In this document: piece by piece, positions 56,973 to 64,000 of the stretch | Layout: each line of letters starts with the position of its first letter | Position numbering within the stretch: the stretch's first letter is position 1 | Assembly: GCA_963693365.1 (NCBI GenBank) | Contig: CAVNZM010000004.1 | Span: forward strand, 6,016,564-6,080,563 | DNA length: 64,000 nt | Direction: 5' to 3' | Source: Amoebidium appalachense | Taxonomy: Eukaryota > Protista > Ichthyosporea | Made by a program: the position numbers and the translations under genes | Notes under the pieces: model-generated | Database searches by the model: none | What the model was told of the DNA's origin: nothing | The model's input: only the letters and a program-made list of their open reading frames with translations

Positions 56973-58109
56973 GGACTATATCGGCATTTCTCAATGACTG
57001 CAGTGCACGGAATTCTCTTTGTATGACGATACCTAAAAATGGACATCCCATGTATGGTAAAAACCAATCAGCCGGCTCGGTTTTATTGGCGTCGACCAAC
57101 TGTGAGCCACTCGCCCGTCATTACTTAACATTCAGATTGACGTCTTGCTGAGAAAACCAACATATACCTTAACGCTCCGCATTTGCCCCAAAGCACATTA
57201 GTGACGTCCACATTTGCGCAAAACCATATGCGCACCACTGATTTTGCGCAAACATGCAACAAAAACGTATGTACTTGTCCGCATTTCACGCAGTTGGCCC
57301 GGGAGGGAAGAGGTGGAGTGTTTAAGGTGTTCGGCAGACATCACATGATTTCGATCTCACTTGAATACAGTCACCGCGCGTTATAGCGCCTTCACAATAC
57401 AGCCCCCCCTCCCCCCAATACAGCCTCCCCCCCATCCCCCCCCCTCCCCCCCCCCCCCCACCCGCCCCCGCGATGTCACCAACTTGGGGTCTCGGGCAGG
57501 ATTTGAACACGGACACATTACAATATAGCGTCCCCCACGATTGCCCCCCGGAGTGTAACCGGGGGGCCGGGGGGGGGGGGGGGGGGGGGGGAGGGGGGGG
57601 GTTCATCGAGCGGTGACTGTATATTGGTACAAATGGCTCGTGCACGTGCACGTGATTGCAGTTGACCACAGCTATGTCGTATTCAGCTAACTGTGATGCC
57701 ATGCTAACCAATCAGAATGACCATGACCTGCACGAGTATCCCATTCATAAAAATAACCGTTGGTAATTATCGTAGCAACCAATCCGATCCAATCAGCTAA
57801 CAGTATCCGGGCATGTCGTCGGAATTAGATCTAAGCTGTTCAGCCTAACCCGTTTGTAGCTGTGTCGGGTCTGGGTGGGGCTGGCTGGTACTACCAAATA
57901 TGGCAATCGGTAATTATAACCATATATGGCATAATATACCAGGGAGGCCCCTCGGGGGGGAGAGGGGGAAGGGGAGGAGGGAGGGGAGGGGGGAGAAGGG
58001 GGGAGGAGGGGGGTGGGGGGTGGGGGTGGGGGGGGGGACCTGATGACCTGAATGGCCATATAGATGATAGGCCGACAAGAAACGCTTTGCATCGTCCAGG
58101 CTTTGAATT

Positions 58110-58352
58110 GTTGCGCAAAAGCGCACAAGCACAGTCGACATTTGCGCAAACGTAGAATTAGCGGCACCCGTATTTGTGTAGACGTAGAGTTGTTATTATC
58201 CACATCTGTGCAAACGTAGGACTAGTAGCGGCATCCGCATTATCGCAAACGTAGAATAATAATTATCATCTGCATTTGCGCAAAGAATTATCGGCATCCG
58301 CATTTGCGCAAACGTAGAATTATCGGCATCATAGCATTTGCGCAAACATAGA
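58110..58352. repeat. Degenerate tandem array with palindromic TTTGCGCAAA core (unit about GCATTTGCGCAAACGTAGAATTATCGGCATCC)
   Basis: About seven cores; related copies at 56606-56645 and 57178-57292. Confidence 0.75.
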
Positions 58353-58815
58353 TCTAACAAGTGTGATTACTGCTCAACTGGCATTCAACTGGCAAGGGAG
58401 CAATCTTCGTGAACATTAAAATCTGTCCACACATGGTCTGATACATGAACAAGGGCTGACCTTCCCCCCCCCCCCCCCCCCCCCCCCTCCCCTCCCCCCT
58501 CCCCCCTCGTCGCTTCCATGGCACCCCCACTCTTTTTCTCACCGCCTAGCCCCCCCTCCCCCCCCCCTCCCCCCCCCTCCCCTCCCCCCTTTCTCCTTTG
58601 GTGGCCGGCGTCTGCTCCTCGGGGTGGCAAAGGAACACGTGGTGTAGCCAGTTGCCAGTATACGATACAGTACCAAAAAATTCAATCCTAATGATTATAC
58701 ATGTTACTCTCTAAAAACGAACCTGAAACGAGGGTTTCTTTCTTTTTTTCTTCCTTTCTTTTTTTTTTTTTTTTTTTTTTTTTTTTGGGGGGGGGGGGGA
58801 TACGGAATTATTCAT

Positions 58816-59127
<312 letters not shown>

Positions 59128-60432
59128 CACTGTGACACCTCTTGAAATACACACCCACAGAAAGTGGCAAATATTATAGCATGCACGTATACACGCGCAC
59201 GGGGCTGCCGTGAATGTAACTTCTAAAGAAAAAAATCCTTGCTCCTGGGAATCCCTCTAGTTACGTTTACAGCTTGATAAACACGGTCCTATTCCTACAA
59301 CGAATACAAGTCAAAACCCCAGAGCCCGGGCCTGGGATAACTATTATGGGTGAACACCCAGGCAGCGGGGGGAGGGGGGGGCAGGGCAAAGATCAGAACT
59401 TTCACGGCGCGCAATCCTCATGTTGATATTTAATATTTTAAAAGCGTTAAAAAGGCATTTATGCACACCAACAATAACTGACAACGGGATATTTAACTGA
59501 CACCCCGGAGCTGGCGCAACCAAGACCAACCCAGATATGCTTTGAACAAGAAATAAAGAAGAAGTATGATTGAGTCCAATGGTGCTATATGTAGGTGAAT
59601 TGTTAGAGCATCACAAGATATCCGATGATATGATGTCCTAATACTAATAGAGATGTGTAGTTATATATTATGTTACTCGGGCCAAAGAAGAATGCTATAT
59701 CACCGGACCATATTTACATCAGAGGCGCAAAAGTTACTGCGATACATGTTTTTTTACGGGAAAAGTTACTTGCGAGCCCTTTCATTTAAATTGCAGCACG
59801 GCTATCTATCACTAGTTATATCTCTGTACACCGGAAAATGAACAGCACCAGCAATGATGAACGCCCCGAGAGAGCAACCAATTTCATAAATTTACGAACT
59901 TGAGTCATATCACATATACTCCGTACTTTCATATTGATAAACAACATTAGTTCGAGAAGCTTTTGTAAGTGCGAGGGATAGGGGATATAATAATTCCGCA
60001 TCATAGGGGGTGGTTGTAGGAAGAGAATGTTTTGTGTGTGTGTGTAGTTTTAGTGTTTGGGTAGAAATGTACAGTATAGCATCAATAATTGATGGAAAAA
60101 CATCAGAAAAATACAAGGACAACGGATTAATAAGCTGAACAAAAAATTCGATTATAAAATAGACAAAGTTTCAAGGCACACATACGGGACATTATAAGAG
60201 CCCAGTCCCATGTGGTAGAGCTGATGACCATGTACAGAAAGTCTCGCAAGTCAGCGAAAAAGGAACAATTCACATGAAACCACCAATATTTCAAGTAAAC
60301 ATATCCTTCCCATTGCAACCGATCGCCGAAAGCAACTTGCAGACATTTTAAGTCCGAAAGCAACTTGCAGACATTTTAAACCCCGTCGCCGTGAAAATTC
60401 ACGCGTGATCTCTGGTGTCGACGTCCTTCGTG

Positions 60433-60691
60433 CTAATTGGTCAATCTATTGCCACGTGGTTGCTGGGGATTCTCATACTGCTGCAGGCGGGCGTTAAGGC
60501 GGTGCACTTCCTTCATCAGATCGGCATTCGCTTTGGTCAGATCGTCGATCTGATTTTGAAGCGCCCGGATTAGGTGGCGGCGACGGTATCGGCACCTGTG
60601 TGTGTGTGGAGGAAAAGAGGATAAGCAAGATGATATGTACCTTTCCCAAAAAAGACACCGGGTTTTGTTTTGGGATTCGATATTTTCGTGA

Positions 60692-60736
<45 letters not shown>

Positions 60737-60888
60737 AAAAAAAAAAAGTTTTATGCACCAACCACGTCCGATCAGCCGGCCTCTCTGCCGCACTCAAGAC
60801 ACACGTTGGGACCACTGCCCTTGTTTTGGTCTCTGTTTTCACACTCCTTTTCATCTACATACATTACAGAATAACTTCGTAGTAGAAG

Positions 60889-60933
<45 letters not shown>

Positions 60934-62273
60934 AAAAACAAAAACAAAAAAAAACAAAAACAAAAAAAAAACAACAACAAACAAGAACACACACACACAC
61001 ACACACACACACCTTGCAGCCGCCTCTCTGTTCTTCAACCTCTTCAACTGTTGTCTATGACGGGTGTCCAGTGGGTCCATAGGGCCCCTCCCCGGCCCCC
61101 ACCTTACCATATGGAGCACCCTCTGCCACTCCTCCCCCAGCCCAAGCATGCTTGGGTCAAAGTCCCCCCCTTCACGCCGACCCCCCATCCCATCATCATC
61201 ACTCGAGTCATCCGAATCGTCGCTATCCATAGACCCCTCTCCAACCCGAAATTTCGTGCGCGAAGAATTTCTCGAATCGAGCATCCCCACGGCGGCATGT
61301 CCCTCGGCGGTGGGATCGATGTTGCTCACTTCCGATCGGCTGCGCTTTCGGATCACGTTGAGATCATCGTAGTCATTGGCCAAGACTGAAGACGGGCGCT
61401 GATTGGCGTTTGCGATCGAATCGGCGCGATTGGATCCTAATCGGCTCGATTCCCTTGTTTCATACTGTTTCTGATTGGTTGGAAAACTGGCCCGCCTGGG
61501 TGGCTGGTGTTGGGGAAGGCCGCTGTTGTTAATATCGGCCGACTGCGACGAAATTCGTCTTGAATCCCCCCGTGATTGCCCGCCTTGGCCCTCATGCTTG
61601 CCCATTGTCGCGTACCATGAAGGGGGGATCCGTCGAATGTCTCTCCGGCCGGTTTGGTGACGGTGAGCTGGAGGAGGAATCTATGCTCTGGGCGGATGAC
61701 GTAACGGAAGCAATCACATTCCGGCTCCCTAGACTGGTCGGGCTGGGGTAGGCCGGGCCCAAGTTGGCTACGTGGACGGATACGTCATTGGGTGAGATCA
61801 TGCCCATGCCCATGTCCCCGCCGGAAGATTTCTGTCTTGAGCCCCCCTTTGCCACCGAGGAAGGAGTTTTTGGATTCCCCCCCGGGACGCAGCCGTTGTT
61901 CCACGCCTCTAGGGAGGGCGATTGCGCCAGCTGTGGTCGGTGGTTGAAGGAGGGTGCGACGGGTGTCTTGATGCCCAAATTTAGCGCATATGAGTCTAAA
62001 GATAGCGCCCGGCTGCGGCCGATGAATGCCCTCACCTCGGCCTGGGCCCTCTGTGCCGCCACCTCGGGATCTTCATCCGCATTCCTTGTATTCCTTTTTG
62101 CTGTGCTCTTTCGTGGTTCCAGCTTATTGGCCGGCGGCGCGGATTTGGACTTGGGGGCGGGTTGCTCGGATTGGCGTTCAGATGGGGGTGAAACGGGGGT
62201 TTGGATTTGTGACGTCACTCGGTGTGGCTCGGAGCACGTGGACATGTGCGAGAGTTCATCGTTACTGTCCTCC
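60433..62273 (-). CDS. bZIP transcription factor (ATF/CREB/AP-1-like basic region), 5' end unresolved
   Basis: Exon 62273-61013 (+1 frame break near 61600-61627) and exon 60595-60433 join to KRLKNREAAAR|CRYRRRHLIRALQNQIDDLTKANADLMKEVHRLNARL: an N-x7-R basic region followed by Leu heptads. Acceptor TTGCAG at 62274; upstream exons not identified. Confidence 0.85.
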
Positions 62274-62683
62274 CTGCAAGGCCATGTGATTGGTCAGTTA
62301 AAATAGTTAAAATAGCAATGGAAGGGGGATGACTGGGCGCATTAACGGCATCACCAAGACGCAGATCTACCCACTATGTCTTTGAATATCTCTCCGGCGA
62401 CACACGCGTTTTATTCTCGTGCGTAGTGTGGTGTGGTATCTATGTGCGGGCATCATGAGAACACACTTGTATATGTATGTGTGGTGCACGTGTGTGTGTG
62501 CCCGCGCGCGTGCATGTAGTGAGTACTTACTGCATGGAGACTGGGGTTGTGTCAGCCTGGTGGTAGCTGAGGGAGTCATGTCCAGGGTTGTGTGTGTCTG
62601 GCTTGGATTTGCTCTCGTGTAGGGCAACACTTAGCTGCTTGCGGTGCAGCTCTGCCACCCTGTGTGTGTGTACGTGTGTGTGT

Positions 62684-62719
<36 letters not shown>

Positions 62720-64000
62720 GTATGGTATCCATTGGTTTGTCAGCACATGCAAGCGAAAAAACCAAAAGTTTGCAATTGAGAGGAGAAAACTTTTGTGCAG
62801 ACGGGAGGAAGGAGAGAGGGCAGGCACGATCATCCAGTGAAGAGTTCACGTGGATCCTTCGTACCATTTCCCTCCCGTCGCCTTCTCTTCTTGTCTTTCT
62901 TTCTTTTTGAGAGGCCAAACCCGGGTGGAAGCGGTTGCCGATGGAAAGGGAGTGGGGAAGGGGGGAAGGGGTCATTGTATGTGATCTCAGGGTGTGAGCG
63001 GCCTGTGTGGGGGCTGGGGGGTAACGTACTGGTTTGATGAGAGGTGGGCCAGCAGCTCAAATAGCTGGCTGGAGGCATGATGGCTGAGCTTGGGCCCGTC
63101 ACTACCCGCTGCAAGGGTAACCGTGAGAGTCTGGTTATGCGGGGAAGGTGATTTGTGTTTGGGTGGATGGGTGGGGGTTAAGGACCTTGAAAGGAATTTA
63201 AAGAGCAACCCTTAATATATTTCCTTGAAATGATTCCCAAACTATCAAACCCATTCGTTTCCATCTTGCCTTTCAGTCCCCCATCCCTCTAACCCCTTTT
63301 CGCATTTTCTCACCCTTCTTTCCCCTCTCACATTAGTTCTTTTCCTCCTAGTTTTTTGCCACTATATACTAGTGATTGTGGTGTTTTCATAGTCAAATAG
63401 TTATTTATATTCATATTTCATTTATATTCATGAAGTTCATATTTAGATAGTTACCTCTGCCAATCCAGTCATCCAGACCGTCCAGCTCGGCCACAGGGAT
63501 CTGCATGTACGTGTCCACATCAGCCATCCTGTCGCACTGCGGGAATGTCCGCCTGCTGCAAAAAAAAAAGTGCATGCACTGTAAGCAACTACTTTGACCA
63601 CCCTGTCTCCCACTGCTATCCTTTCCGAATATATGTTGTGGTTGTGGTGCACCTTTAGAGATGTGTGTTGTGGTTGCTAGCGAGTTCCTTTCAGTCCCGT
63701 TGTGCTATGCACATTTTGTTTTGTTATGAAGCCCACAATAATGAGGGAGTTTTTGTGAATGAATCAATAGGTGTGTTGTGTTGTGTGTACTTCCGTGTTC
63801 ATGTCCATGAGGGCGCGCGCGTGTGTGTGTGGTTGTGTGTATGCGCGCGCGCTCACGGACGCACAGCCGGTGTGTTTGTGAACACGTCCACGTTCATTAG
63901 TTTGCTGAGGAATACTTGAACATAAGAAACAGTGAAGTCGTGACCTATGTCATATGAGACAGCCTCTCCAGTGCACGACTATGGTTCTAAGTAGGTTCTT

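Noticed and set aside
58110-58352. CRISPR-like array (also 31531-31710)
   Set aside because: No unique spacers, no cas genes, eukaryotic context; these are ordinary minisatellites.
60326-60379. Two-copy direct repeat (CCGAAAGCAACTTGCAGACATTTTAA) in the bZIP 3'UTR
   Set aside because: Small local duplication with no further structure or evidence of function.

Overview
Intron-rich eukaryotic nuclear DNA. The gene set (PKA, CaMKII hub, forkhead, bZIP, HtrA2, E2F site, minor-spliceosome intron) suggests a non-animal opisthokont, possibly a unicellular holozoan; this is inference only. Eight protein genes could be assembled by hand: POLE2/DPB2 (minus, runs off the left edge), a PKA catalytic subunit, a stand-alone CaMKII association (hub) domain protein, a mitochondrial HtrA2-like protease, a CLC-6/7-like chloride transporter (minus), intronless ARL5 (minus), a forkhead TF, and a bZIP TF (minus). 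Introns are packed with poly(G)/poly(C) and (GT)n/(AC)n tracts, so most of the supplied ORFs are repeat translations. Main findings: (1) an apparently undescribed structured intronic repeat family of up to ~270 bp, with a fixed end joined to poly(C), strongly sense-biased and often lying just before 3' splice sites; (2) 3' splice sites built on (AC)n or G-rich sequence rather than polypyrimidine tracts, and introns with complementary ends; (3) an AT-AC U12-type intron in POLE2; (4) a kinase-less CaMKII hub gene directly behind the PKA gene; (5) four 1-nt frame breaks at homopolymers, most likely assembly errors; (6) a 278-bp TTAA-flanked foldback element and nearby TTTGCGCAAA repeats. All coordinates were derived by eye.
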